Shown: positions 1 through 11,800, counted from the first letter of the stretch. The stretch is 64,000 bases of DNA from Caecitellus pseudoparvulus (GCA_965644315.1 CBFFRQ010000068.1:1240001-1304000); one strand, 5' to 3'. Translations and numbers: made by a program. The notes: generated by a model not told the origin, from the sequence alone.

Positions 1-759
1 CTTGCGCGGCGTTCCGGCAAAGCAGGCGGCGCAGTGGTTGCTGTGAGCCCTCAAACCACGCCCACCTGCGCAGTCTCCCGTCGTACCTGGTTTGTGTGCT
101 GGAGGCACTTGGGCTCTGCAAGGGAACGTGCCAACCTTTCCAGGCCTGAAAGCGAGCTATCGTCCTGCTCCAGCGTCTGGAGGAACTCAAAGGCGCCTTG
201 CAAACGGGTCTGGAGGATGGATGCCTTGCGCTCGGCGAGGAAGCCAGCTGAGAGCACCTGGCGCTCAGTGAAGCCTGTGCAGGGCGGAACAGTCGGCTTC
301 GCTTGCAAAGCAAGCGCAGCACACAAGAGGGAGGCAGCGCACCTGCAAAGAGGCCTTCTGCGCTGGCCATGCTGGAAGCGGCTGGCGTTTCGTACTGTGG
401 CGTTACGGGCTGCCCTTCGAGCAGTCAAACAGCTGCGCGACTGACACGGGTACAACTTGCTGGGCAGCAGAGCAAAATGACCTAGGATACGAACAGCGCT
501 GCAAGCGTAAGCGCAGCTGACTCGCCTGCCGGATAAATGCAGAATGGGCGCGAGCGTGCTTTGAGCGCCGAGCTGCTGCGCGACGCTGTCCTGCACCGGT
601 GGCCTTCCGCATGGGGGGCTCCCCGCCTCCCAGGTGCGCAAGAGATGAAAGCACCCAGTAGATTTTCCTACACAGAAGCGCCCAGCGCGACCATGTGCGT
701 CGCGTGGGGAAGCTGGGAGCCCGCGCGCAGGGCGCTGGAGCCTGCCTTCTTTTTTTCAT
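1..759 (-). CDS. Hypothetical protein, 5' part only (runs off window start); exon structure unresolved
   Basis: Overlapping minus-strand ORFs 403..759 and 51..641 include protein-like helical sequence (ERKASILQTRLQGAFEFLQTLEQ), divergent from PDH. No family recognised. Confidence 0.3.
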
Positions 760-945
760 GTACCGTAGGCCGCCCCGGATGCAGCGCCGGGGACGCGGGG
801 AGCAAAGTGAACGGCACGCAAATTACTCCCATCTCCACATTTCAGCCCCCCTTTCGCGCCACCGTGCCGCTGCGCCCCCTTGTGCCGCAATCTGAGAATC
901 GAAGGTTGGGCCCCCAAGCACCAGCACACTCTGCAGCACACAGCC

Positions 946-2403
946 ATGTTGGCTCTTGCCAGCGCTGCCCGCGGAGCCGGGGCGGCCGCCCTCAGGGTGT
1001 CTGCATTGGCTCGTGCCATGTCCAGCGAGACTGCCAGCTTTGCCATCAAGGTTCCCTACGAGGCACACCGTGCGTGAACGCGGCGTGCCCTACTCTTCGC
1101 TGCGGTAGTGCACTTGGCCTGTGCCTGGGCGGGAGCCACGCTTGCGTGGACGACGGTGCTGGGCAGGGGTGAGCCCGAGCGGGAGCATGGCCCAGCAGAG
1201 CAGTGTATGCCCTCTGTCCTGTGCTCACAACGAGCCGTGGGCGCCTTCAACGCCGACGCCCCCCCGGCACTCCCGCGTGTTGCGTGGTGTGCTTGCGTTC
1301 GCTTGGCGTGGACTCACAGTGCCTGCCTGCCCTGCTGCACAGTGTGTGATGGCCCCGGCGAGGGCAACGTGGAGGTGGAAACCAACAAGGAGGAGCTGCT
1401 GGGTTTCCACGAGGAGATGTACCGTGTGCGGCGCATGGAGATCGCGTGTGACACAGAGTACAAGGCGCGCAACATTCGCGGCTTCTGCCACCTGTACGAC
1501 GGCCAGGAGGCCGTCGCGTCAGGCCTGCAGGCAGGTCTGGACAAGACAGACAATGTGATCAGCACGTATCGGTGCCACGCCTTGCAGCTGGTGCGCGGGG
1601 ACTCCGTCTCCTCCATCCTCGCCGAGCTGTTCGGGCTGGAGCAGGGCTCCTCCATGGGCAAAGGCGGCTCCATGCACTTCTACAGCAAGAAGAACCGTTT
1701 CTGGGGCGGAGCTGGTATCGTTGGTGCCCAGGTGCCCGTCGGCGCTGGCCTCGCATTCGCTGACAAGTACCTTGCCGGCGGGTTCCCCTCCCCCATCACC
1801 ATGGCCATGTACGGCGACGGCGCGGCAAACCAGGGGCAGATCTGGGAGGCGGCGAACATGGCCAAGCTGTGGAACTTGCCAGTTGTATTCCTGTGCGAAA
1901 ACAACCAGTACGGCATGGGCACATCCACGGACCGCTCCTCTGCGAACGTCAACTACTACCAGCAGGGCGGCGTGATCATCCCGGGCGTGCGGTGTGACGG
2001 CATGGACGTGCTGGCCGTGAAGAAGTGCGTGCAGTGGGTGAAGGAGTACGTGGGCGGGGGCAGTGGCCCTCTGTTCCTGGAGATGAAGACGTACAGGTAC
2101 CACGGCCACTCCATGTCAGACCCTGGCCTGACGTACCGCAACCGTGACGAGGTGGCGTCCATGCGCAAGACCAAGGACTGCATCGAGCTGGTGAAGTCCC
2201 GCCTGATGGAAGCAGGCTGGGCGACGGAGGCAGAGCTGAAAGAGAAGGAGAAGGAGGTCCGCGCAGAGGTCGCCCGTGCCCTGGAGGAGGCCAAGGCCGG
2301 CCACGAACCCCGCGCGGAGCTGCTGGACCGGGACATCTTCCTGGACGAGATGCCCGCCCATGTGCGCATGCCAGACAATGCCAAGAGCATCATCCGGGCT
2401 TGA
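946..2403 (+). CDS. PDHA1: Pyruvate dehydrogenase E1 alpha subunit, mitochondrial (exons 946-1069, 1343-2403)
   Basis: Presequence MLALASAARGAG..; intron GTGCGT(1070)..CAG(1342) joins EAH-L-CDGP; motifs IRGFCHLYDGQEA, GKGGSMH, YGDGAANQGQ, ENNQYGMGT, TYRYHGHSMSDPG. Confidence 0.97.
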
Positions 2404-2415
2404 TGAATGCATTCA
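2404..2415. terminator. Palindrome TGAATGCATTCA giving AATGCA on both strands; candidate bidirectional 3'-end signal
   Basis: Lies in the 22-bp gap between convergent stop codons; the same hexamer follows many other stops in the window. Confidence 0.5.
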
Positions 2416-2425
2416 CATGCGGTTG

Positions 2426-3483
2426 TCAGTCCCTGTGCGGGTGGAAGTCAGCAGCTTGGAAGGTGGAGTGCAGGATGGAGTCCCGCTCGGCGCTGAGGCC
2501 GACAGTGGCGGCGAGGAAAGCACCCGCTACCAGTGCCGCCAGGAGCACCCACACCCACACGAAGATCTGGTAGTTTGCGATGTCTGCAGTGGTCCAAGGG
2601 ATGGTGCCATTACCTGTGTCGTTGCCTGACTGGTCGTCAGCAAGCAAGGTAGGGGGCGCCAGGCGCCGTGCGGGGAAGCCAGCCCGCGGAGCACGGCCGC
2701 CGTTCAAGGCCACGGGCAGGTACTTCAACGAAGGCAAGTCCGCCACCACTAGGACTTGAGTGGAAGGCAGTGCTGCCGCCAAGCCGCCTGCGTCGGCGCT
2801 GGTCACTGCCTGCATCCAGACTTGGCTGACTGAGAGGCATGTGGCGCTCGGCTCGCACGCCTGTGCCACAGCTGATGGAATGCCAGCGGTGGTGGGCGCT
2901 GTGCAGGCGAGGATTCGCACAGGCTCATCCAACAAGAGCTGTGTGACTTCTGAGCACCTGCCGTCGCGCGGCTTTCCGGCTGCCAGGTGCGCTGCTTGGG
3001 TCGCTGCCCAGCCCAATGCGGCAGTCAGGTCTTTGCTGGCTGTGCTGCTGTGCTGCCCGCGTGCCTTGGCATCAAAGTGCACAGGCACCTGCAAGCTGTG
3101 CCCGCCCTTCTGATGCTGTCTCTCTGCGGAGCTCGCCAAGGAGCTGACGACGACTGCCACGGTCTTTGTCGTGGACGTGGGGGACCACGCGGGGAAGCCA
3201 GCAGATGCGCAGTTTGGGGAGGCGCCTGGCACGACGAGCCCCGCTGAAGCCAGCGCACACTGGGTAGCGTTTGACAGGGTCATGGTGGAGGTGGAAATAC
3301 CGCTGCCAAGTGCAGGTGCGACCCACAGAGACAGGGGGGCGGCGGCTGCTGCCGCGGTGGAGGCAAGCTGCGGAAATCAGTACGGCCGAGCAGCAGGGTG
3401 CATGGCAACTGCGCGAGGCAGGGGGGGCGAGCCTGCGGTCAGACACGCACCAGTGCCAGGGCACTTGCCCATTTAATCCACAT
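2426..3483 (-). CDS. V-ATPase accessory type I membrane protein, ATP6AP2/renin-receptor-like (exons 3483-3451, 3367-2426)
   Basis: Splicing an 83-bp GTGCGT..CAG intron gives signal peptide MWIKWASALALLASTAAAA. C-terminal IANYQIFVWVWVLLAALV..RDSILHSTFQA resembles the ATP6AP2 TM plus DSxxY tail. Confidence 0.7.
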
Positions 3484-4223
3484 GCCTGCCAATGTGCCCT
3501 TGGCCTGCTCGCGAGTTGCTCAAGGGCTCACAAGCACGGCCGAGAGTCGGCTCCGCCACGCTCGCGTGGGTCGTAGGCACGATGTAAGCGGTCCAGTCAA
3601 GAAGGACTTGGGCAGGACATGTGAAGGTGAGTACAGTTCCGGTGACAGGACTTGGTTGGCCCGGCGAGTATGTGTGGCGCGCCAGGGCAGCCTGGTGGTG
3701 GGGGGGGCCCAGCCAGTGCGAGGTCCGGGTCGCAAACGTGCATCATTCGCGGAACGCATAATTTGGCTTCGCGCCCTTTGCCGCACTGCATGCAGCAAAC
3801 GTGGCACTTTACAGAGCAACCAACTCCCTGCAACTCTACAGTGGCTGCAGTGCACCGTTTGTGCACCGTGTTGTTTTGCAACTCAGCCTCAACTCAGTAC
3901 CCAAGGTGCGTTTTCATGGTGTACAGAGGGGAGCAGGCAGCTGTCAAGTGGATGGCAGGCGCTGGTTCCGCGTGTCGTGCAGTACTACCACACACATGCT
4001 GGCAGCAGCATGGCTGTACCTTGCTGCTTTCGTTGCCTAGCTTGTGTGGTGGTGTCTTGGCAGCTCTTGCACGTGGGCAGCAGTGCGGGGGTTGCTTGTG
4101 CTCTATTTCCGCACGGGCACGGCGCCTGCTGTGCCCCGTTCTTGCATGGCCGTCGTCACGGTGTCTTGCGGCACCTCTGTACCCCCACTTGCATGACCTT
4201 GCACTCTTTCTTCTGTTTTGCAG

Positions 4224-4823
4224 ATGGGCAAGGCCAAGTACGGCAACTGGCAGGAGCAGGAGGCCAACGGTGAGGAGAAGACCGCCAAGACCCGCATCAC
4301 CTACGCCAAGAAGCAGCACTTCAAGAAGTGCCGCGAGGTCGGCCATGCCATCAAGGGCATGCCTCTGCTGAAGGCTCAGTGGCTGCTGCAGCAGGTCCTG
4401 GAGCACAAGCGTGGCATCCCCATGAAGCGCTTCACTGGCGGCTGCGGACGCCACTCCGTCGGCAAGCTGGACTCTGCCCCCGGCAACTGCGTCGCTTTCC
4501 CCGAGAAGGCCACCAAGCTGTTCCTGGACCTGCTGACCAACGTGCAGGCCAACGCCGAGGAGCCCACCAAGGGCCTGGATGTGACCCGCCTGGTCATCAA
4601 GCGCGTGCAGGTCAACCGCGCCCCTGTCACTCGCCGCCGCACCTACCGTGCTCATGGCCGCATTGGCAAGTACGAGGGCCACCCCGCACACATCGAGATC
4701 GAGGTTGAGGAGCAGGGCAAGGCTGTCGAGGCCACTGAGGCCGACAAGCCCGCCGTGCGCCTGACTGCCAAGCGCGCTGCTCAGCTGCGCGTCAAGGTTG
4801 GCGGCGGCGCTGCTTCTGCCTAA
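4224..4823 (+). CDS. RPL17: 60S ribosomal protein L17 (uL22)
   Basis: HFKKCREVGHAIKGM, PMKRFTGGCGR, FPEKA, QVNRAP..RRRTYRAHGRI..Y..HPAHIE. Strong codon bias. The ATG follows a probable 5'-UTR intron 3906-4223 (GTGCGT..TTTTGCAG). Confidence 0.96.
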   Translation: MGKAKYGNWQEQEANGEEKTAKTRITYAKKQHFKKCREVGHAIKGMPLLKAQWLLQQVLEHKRGIPMKRFTGGCGRHSVGKLDSAPGNCVAFPEKATKLFLDLLTNVQANAEEPTKGLDVTRLVIKRVQVNRAPVTRRRTYRAHGRIGKYEGHPAHIEIEVEEQGKAVEATEADKPAVRLTAKRAAQLRVKVGGGAASA

Positions 4824-4958
4824 GCTTTGTACGTCCCGGGTAGGGTTCGGGCACATGTATACAATGGCATTGGCGAGCTCCCTTCACGAAATCACCCGCC
4901 CGCTTTTCTTGTCTCACGCTTCTCCGTGGAGTGTTTGCATTGCTTGGGGTGGGGCGCC

Positions 4959-6357
4959 CTACTCGGCAGCTGCTGCTGCTGTCGTCTCGGCGGGGGCACT
5001 GTCCTCATCGCCGAAGCCTTCTGGCAGGATGCTGGCGGAGATGCAGGCGTCCTTCAACTCAGCGTAGATGCCACGGGCAGCAGGCGTGTCCAGGACGACG
5101 TCGGGCAGGCGCTGCGCGACGATGGAGAAGCCCTCCTCCATGACGGTTTGCGGCACGACGGCGTCGGCCTTGGCGGCTTGCAGCAGCTTCACGACGGCAG
5201 CACGCTCGGCGGGGGTGCGGTCGATGGCCAGCAGCACGGCGCGCTTCACGGCCTCGTGCAGGAAGTGTGGCACGCCCAGCTGCTTCAGCGCCGCCACCGT
5301 CTCCTGCACGTCGCCTGTGATGAAGAACTCCTCCACCAGCAGGGAAACCTCCTGCTTGAGCTCGTCAAGGGAGGCGTTGGCGTCGGAGACACCCCACACG
5401 CGCTCCAGGCGCGCAGATGCCTGCTTGATGCTGAGGAGGGTCTTGGCGTGCTCCACGATGGGGCCGTGGGTGGCGACGATGTTGGGGTCTGTCAGCCATG
5501 CCGGTGGCAGGATCTCGTCGTTCACAGCACGGGCCAGGAACTTCGCGATGGTCTCGTGGGCATCTGGCACATCCAGCTTCAAGTCGTCTGCCTGCTCCAG
5601 CAGGCGCTCGAAGCCCTTGGCAACGTGGCTCATGGTCAGCAGCACATCGTACAGCTCTGAGAGGGCCCTGGACACCATCTCCTTCTCACGGTCGGTGCGG
5701 TCCATGGCCATGGTGGCGGCACGCTTCACGAACTCATACCGGAGCAGGGGTGCATCCAACTCGCTCAGGGAGCTGTGGGTGCGGGGTGGCGGAGGCATGT
5801 GCGCGTGTTTCGTGAGTAAAGTTTCAGCCTGAAACGCCAGCGCAGGGCACGCACCGATACAGCTCCGCTAGGTCAGCCCCGTCAAAGAACTCCCTGATGA
5901 TGGGCTTCACAGCTGCCTTGTACATCCCCAGCGTCATGCGGGCCGCCCCAGCGCCGCCAGCTGCCGGAGCAGCAGAGCCGGCACTGGGCGTCGCCACGCG
6001 GCTGTCTTCAGAGACCAGCTCTGGCTGGTGCGGAGCCACGCTGATGCCCATGCTCCGTGCAATGGAGGTTTCCCGGTCTTCAGGCACAGCAGGTGCTGGA
6101 GCAGAGACAGCTTCAGCAGCGCGTGGCGGCTCGACGTAGTCCGGGTCGTCCTGTGGCCAGCCAAGCAGGCGTGGTGGTCCGCAGACATCACTTCCCCTGC
6201 TTGCGCTTCAGCGACGCACCAGGTACGGGTCGTATGCGGGGTCCGTCTTCTTCAAAGGCTCGAACTCGAGCACCTCGCCCGCCTTGCCCCATGTGAACTT
6301 GCCGCCGCCGCCGCCCTTCTTGCTGCCGCGTGGCTTGCTGCCCTTGCGCTGAGGCAT
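4959..6357 (-). CDS. PDCD4: PDCD4 / MA3-domain translation regulator (3 exons)
   Basis: N-terminal KKGGGGGKFTWG and DPxYD motifs. Two MA3 domains (KPIIREFF..YEFVKRA..AMDR..EKEMVSRALS..GFERLL..DLKLDVP; LVEEFF..HEAVKRA..LPDVVLDTP). GTGCGT donors. Confidence 0.88.
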
Positions 6358-6478
6358 TTTGTGTGGGGCAAGCGGTGGTGCTTGCGAAGCAGCACGCCGT
6401 GACTGGCACCTGTGCTGCGCTGGAAAAGGCTGGGAGTGCTGGGGGGAGAGTGCGTGTGGGTCTACTGGAGTGTCTTGA

Positions 6479-6508
6479 TTTGGCAGCAGGGATCGTCAGG
6501 GTGTCCGG
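6479..6508. repeat. Left TSD (TTTGGCAG, 6479-6486) and left TIR (CAGGGATCGTCAGGGTGTCCGG, 6487-6508)
   Basis: Read directly; matches the right end as a direct (TSD) and inverted (TIR) repeat. Confidence 0.95.
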
Positions 6509-8598
6509 CTCCGCACCCCCCGGGTGTCCGGCTGAAGGGGGCCTTCGGCCCTTCCAGCCGGACACCCGGGTGTCCGGGAACTGGCCTTCGGCCAGTTCTT
6601 GTACCCCCACTCAAAGACCTCCATAAACGATACCCTGTACTCCATAGCATCGCTTCATGGGTAGAATGTATCGTTTTGTGTCGTCCTCTGTGAATCTGTG
6701 TGCCTCTGAATGCGTTCCAAGTGAGATCTCGGATCCTTAACAAAGCACGCAAGCAACTTTATGGTCTTATCTGACTATTAGTATAGATATTGCTTCAGTT
6801 TTGCATCTGGGCAGGCAACCTTGTCCTACTCAACACGGTACCAAGCCTAAATAGTGCAAAATGTGTGCGATACTGCTTGTACGGCACTGTTTCGGTTGGC
6901 GTGGTGATCTGTGGTCTGTGTGGTGTCGCTTGCTTGGATGCCCAGAGCTCCGCGTACGCCCTCCTGTATAAGGAGCGAGAGCGATGCTGGGTGAAAATAG
7001 GATGCAGACACCCTTTGCGGTGAATTACTGCCCAAATCGCGCAAAAGGGAAGTAGTATCACGCAGAAGAGGCGCCTTCAATGAGCTCGGGGATCCAACCG
7101 CCCGGTCCATCCTTGAAGCTTGTCTCTGCAGGCAGTGACTTGGGCCCGAAAGAGAGCCCGTCAAGAACAGTGCCTCAAAGTTGCCTCTGCATTGGAAAGC
7201 TCACTTCAACACCCGATCAGCTTCCCCACACGTCAAGAAGCGGCCCCTGCTTCCCTCTAGCGGACCTCGGCGCCTACTTCGGACCGCTGGGAGGCGCTCC
7301 TCCCGCTCGTACCCTTTTCTTGTCACCAACAGCCCGGCGCAAAGGAGCAGCTGAAGCCCCAACAAGTGATCATGCACGTGCAGCAGGAGCAACTCGAGAG
7401 AAAACAAGCTTCACAGATAGCCCATCCTGGCCATTGCCGAGTGTCTGGCCCTGCTCCTGTCGCCCAGGGCGGACTGAAGAGCTGCTCACTTTCAAGCGTG
7501 GGGTCAGCCAGTCCTTGATGCCCCGAGCAACAAACTGCTGATTGGAAAGCAGCAGGAGTTGGCTGCCAAGCAGTTGTGTGTGGACCCTGGCCCGCGTACC
7601 AATTGCGCACCAGTCGGTCAACACGGAGAAGAAGCGCTCAGCGCCTGCACTTGTGACCAGTGTTGAGTACACTGCCCGCGCGACATGGGAGAGGAGGGGC
7701 CAAACAGCTGTCTCCCTCTCCACCATGCTTCCAGATCCTTGCAGGGCTCGGCTTGCTTTTTGCCATCGCTGCCGAACTCAATGCGAGCAAGCTGTCGTTG
7801 ACTCCCACAGAACGCAGTAAAGTCACGCCACTCATCCTCGAATTGGAAAGCAGTCCCTGCGTTGCCGTCCAACAGGTGTAGCAGCTCTGTGTTATGGTCT
7901 ATCTGCCTTCTTCAAAGGATCATGACCGAATCACGGATTACAGCAGCTTCGGGAAGCTTCCCAGGCTCTGCGTGCGTGCAGTACTCGGGGATTGACTTGT
8001 CGCGGTGTGCAAAGCGATGGCCAGCGTCTGGAAGAGGGCGTAGCAGGCCCATGAGGTTCCACCTGGCGGCGATGACTACGCCCCACTCCTTGAGCCTCAT
8101 CCAGCCCCGATCCGCAGCCTGGAGGCACAGCGCAGCGACGGTGGCTTGAGCGCGCTGTAGAGAAGGCATGTCTCCTCTCCCAGGATCAGGGGCACACTGA
8201 AGTCTCTCACCAATGTCAGTGAGGCGCACTGCTCTGCTGCACGCCCTCTGCCATGATGATGCAGGGACAGCAGTGAAAAGTGACCGAAACTCCCAATCAC
8301 TGCACCTCCGTTGCACACGAATCTGGTCTTGCTCAGGAACCTAGAGGCGTATATATCAAGCCCCTAAAACTAAATCATTGATGTGATTTGGTGCATTGAT
8401 GGCAAATTGGCACTTGAACCTGCTTGGGAACCAGCGCTGGCAAGCAGGTGGAGGAGGATGAGCGTCTCCCAGCGCCTTGGACACGGGCGGGGGGGGGGGG
8501 GGGGTCCACAAGGGGGGCACCCCCCCCAAGGTTGGGGTGTCCGGCATCTCAGCGAAAAAGGTGCGGAAATAGCTTCCCGGACACCCTGACAATCCCTG
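6487..8598 (-). mobile_element. hAT-superfamily DNA transposon, defective/non-autonomous, 2112 bp
   Basis: 22-bp TIRs with 1 mismatch, a perfect 8-bp TSD TTTGGCAG on both sides, lower GC than the flanks, and a remnant hAT dimerisation domain on the minus strand. Confidence 0.93.
7370..8316 (-). pseudogene. Fragmented hAT transposase (C-terminal dimerisation domain, frameshifted)
   Basis: DLEAWW (frame of ORF 7618..7872) shifts near 7715-7725 into WPLLSHVARAVYSTLVTSAGAERFFS (ORF 7370..7726), the typical hATC WW..P.L..A....TS...ER.FS motif. No N-terminal BED finger seen. Confidence 0.8.
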
Positions 8599-8606
8599 TT
8601 TGGCAG
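8577..8606. repeat. Right TIR (CCGGACACCCTGACAATCCCTG, 8577-8598) and right TSD (TTTGGCAG, 8599-8606)
   Basis: Reverse complement CAGGGATTGTCAGGGTGTCCGG is 21/22 identical to the left TIR. Confidence 0.95.
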
Positions 8607-8887
8607 GTGGGTGGGTTGCCCCGTGATAGCGGCGCCCCTGCTGCGCGCAGCCAGCACACCCTGCCGCACCCTGCCGCTGGCTTGCGCACGTTGCAAGGGC
8701 GCGCACACCTAGAGGTGAGAGAAAACGGAGTATTCACACACCGCCACACTTGAGGAGTGCGAGCACATTCCGCCGGCGCCGCACCAGGTCGTGGGCCACG
8801 CACGCAGCCCAGCTGTGTCGAGGTGGTGCACTTGCGCTTCACAGTTGCGTTTCAGTTGAAACGCCGGGGCAGCTCCAAGGCTCCGCC

Positions 8888-11800
8888 ATGGCCGGAGTGT
8901 GGTCTGCCCTGAAGCGGGCCATCGGTGTGGGAAATGAAGATGAAAGCGAGGCTGTTGCCAGGGCAGCAGCAGCGAAGCTGGCTGCGAGCCTGGCCCTGCC
9001 GGACCAGTTTGGACGAGGGGACGTCATGTGGAGCACAGCTTCGCTTGGCTCAGTGTTGAACCAGGCGAGGCACGCCTACCTCTCCACAGATGCGTCAGGG
9101 GCCCTGTCCACTGCTTTTGGAGCTGAAGTGTCAGCTCGGGCGACGTGGCCTGCAGGGGAAAGCGTCAGGACCGCAGCGCTGGGGCTGGTGCTGTGCCTGA
9201 ACATCGGCATCGACCCCCCGGACAACATCCGGCAAGGCGCCTGCAGCACACTGCAGTGCTGGGTGGACCCCTTCTCCATGCCACCACAGCAAGCTATCGA
9301 GACCATCGGGCGTGCCCTGTACGACCAGTACTACAAGTGGTGCCCCAAGGCCAAGCCAAAGTTCAAGATCTCTCTGGACCCCACGCTGGACAACGTGCAG
9401 GTGCTGGCTCGCCAGCTGCGCGCGACGGCAGGCCAGGAGCGCGTGTTGATGCACTACAACGGCCACGGTGTGCCAGCGCCCACCGCAGCCGGCGAGGTGT
9501 GGGTCTTTAACCAGGGCTACACGCAGTACATGCCCCTCAGCATTCTGGACTTGCAGGCGTGGGTGGAGCAACCAGCCATGTTCGTGTTTGATTGCCCCTC
9601 TGCTGGCGTCCTGCTGCCAGCCTTCGAGGAGGAGGATGGCGGCGTGGTGGGGGGGCGGGATGCAGGGCAGGGTGTCGGCGACGTCGGGTTTGGCACCTCC
9701 AGCTCTGCCCGAGCCGCCTCGCGACAAGGCCGCACACCCAACGGCACACCCCTGCAGGCACACCGCCGTGAGTGGCTGGTGCTAGCTGCATGCGCCGGCG
9801 GGGAGACGCTACCCAGCAGCCCCCACATGCCGGCTGACCTGTTCACGGCCTGCTTGACCGACCCCATTCGCACTGCTCTGCGCCTGTTCCTGCTGGAGAA
9901 CCCCCGCGTTCTGCCACTGTCAGCGCTGGAGCTGCTGGAGCGCCTGCCAGGCAAGGTGGGGGAGCGGCAGTCCGCAGTGGGGCAGTTGAACTGGGTGCTG
10001 ACAGCCGTCACGGACACCATCGCCTGGCACGTGCTGCCGCGCGTGACGTTCCTGCGCCTGTTCCGCCAGGACCAAGTGGTGGCCACCCTCTTCCGGAACT
10101 TCCTCTTCGCCTGCCGCGTCATGCGCCGCTTTGGCTGCACGCCGCAGTCCCTGCCAGCCATGCCAGCGGGGGTGGACAAGCACCCCCTGTGGGGGGCCTG
10201 GGACGTCGTCCTGGAGCGGCTTGTGTCCCTGCTGCCCCTCATCTTGGGCCTGTCCCCCGAAGCCATGGCCCAGTCAAACATCGGCCTGGACTCGGTGGCG
10301 GCGGTGGCATCCACGCAGCAGCTGGAGCTGCAGCGAGCCAAGGCAGAGGCGGCGTCGAAGCAGGATGCCATTGCCGCAGCCCGCCTCCGCCAAGGCATGC
10401 TGGTGGCGCCACAGGGCGGGGGCGGGGGCGTTACGCCCTCCTCTCACTCCACACGAGGGGGCACCAGTTCTGCACGGCGTGGCAGGGCGCCGAACTTGCC
10501 TGTCGCGTTAGAGTTTTTTGACGCGCAGTTGGTGGGCTTCAGCCTCTGGCTGCAGCACCTGAGGGCGTGCTCGGCAGGCGGAGGGAGCTCCGGCGCCGGC
10601 ATGGCGCTGTCGTTGCCGCGGTCACTCTCTGTGCCCCTGGCGCAGCGTGTGGCGGCCGCTGGGGCTGCCTTGGCTGGAGTGATGGGGGGGCACTCTCACG
10701 GCTTGGCAGGGGCCGTGCCTGCACCTTGGCGAGGGCTGTCCCTCGCCCTGCCAAGCTGGGGCGTGCACGGCGGCGGCGGGGTGGGCGGTGCAGACGGCAG
10801 CAAGCGGCTGACAGCCGGGCAGCTGCCCTTGTTGATGCAGGCCATGCTCACGTCCAGCCGGCAATCGGTTGCGTTGGACTTGCTGGCATCCTTCATGGCG
10901 CTGGGGGAGTGGGCAGTGCAGGAGGTGCTGTCTGTGGGCGTGAAGCTATACTTGAACGTGTTCTTGAAGCGGCCTGCGTCCATGTTCCGCCCAGCCTCCG
11001 CCTTTGTGTGGGCGCATCTGCTGACATCGGACCGCGACTCTGCCAAGGCCGTCCTGTCGCAGGACGCCACAGGGACATTTGTCAAGGCGCTGCGCCGTGC
11101 CCTTGTGCTGGACGCCGATGCAGAGGAGGGGGCGGCTGTTCTGGCCGTGCCGGCGCACCACCGCCAGGAGCAGGGGTCGCCTGGCGCGCCGCCCACGCCG
11201 CCCTCCGTGCCAGTGGACCACGCCACTGCCGCCCTGCACAACATCGTGTGCCTGTCTGCCATCATGCGGGATGGCGGGAAGGGCCAGAGTGCCGGGCTCA
11301 AGGCCGGGCTGCTGACCGTGCTGGAGGAGGTGTTCCCACCCGCAGTCATCGAGAGCATGACTCTGGGGCATGGGCTATCCGGCACGCAGGCAGCTGTGGA
11401 CGCCCAGGTGAGTGCGGGCCTGGCTACCGAGGCAAGCTTGGACTTGCTGGACACGTCAGCACCTGACACGCCGTCATCAGCTGGCCGAGGGCACGGCGGC
11501 ACCGACACGCCGTCACCCGCCACCACCCGTGAGCTTGGGGTGCTGCTGCGCATGTGGGTGTGCATTTTGACAGGAGAGGCGGTGGTGGACCACTGTGACG
11601 CCCTGGGCGAGCTGTGGTCCACTTCCCTCGTGGACGCCATGACTGCCTGTCTGCAAGACGTCGCGCCAGAGGTGCGGGCGGCGGCAGCATACGGCCTGGG
11701 CTGCACCCTGCGCGGGGAGCGCGTGCACACCCTCACCCCGCACAGGTCAGCTTCCCACGGGAGTGGCGGCGGCGAGGACGCCCACGCAGGAGAGGGTGAC

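Noticed and set aside
3372-3403. In-frame TGA upstream of the ATP6AP2-like ORF as possible readthrough or selenocysteine
   Set aside because: It lies within an intron (branch-point-like TACTGAT before CAG); splicing yields a clean signal peptide.
3906-4223. Possible snoRNA in the RPL17 5'-UTR intron
   Set aside because: No C box (RTGATGA)/D box pair or clear H/ACA structure seen.
6487-6600. Repeated GGGTGTCCGG units as a CRISPR array or viral terminal repeat
   Set aside because: No regular repeat-spacer period and no cas or viral genes; explained as hAT TIR and subterminal repeats bounded by a TSD.
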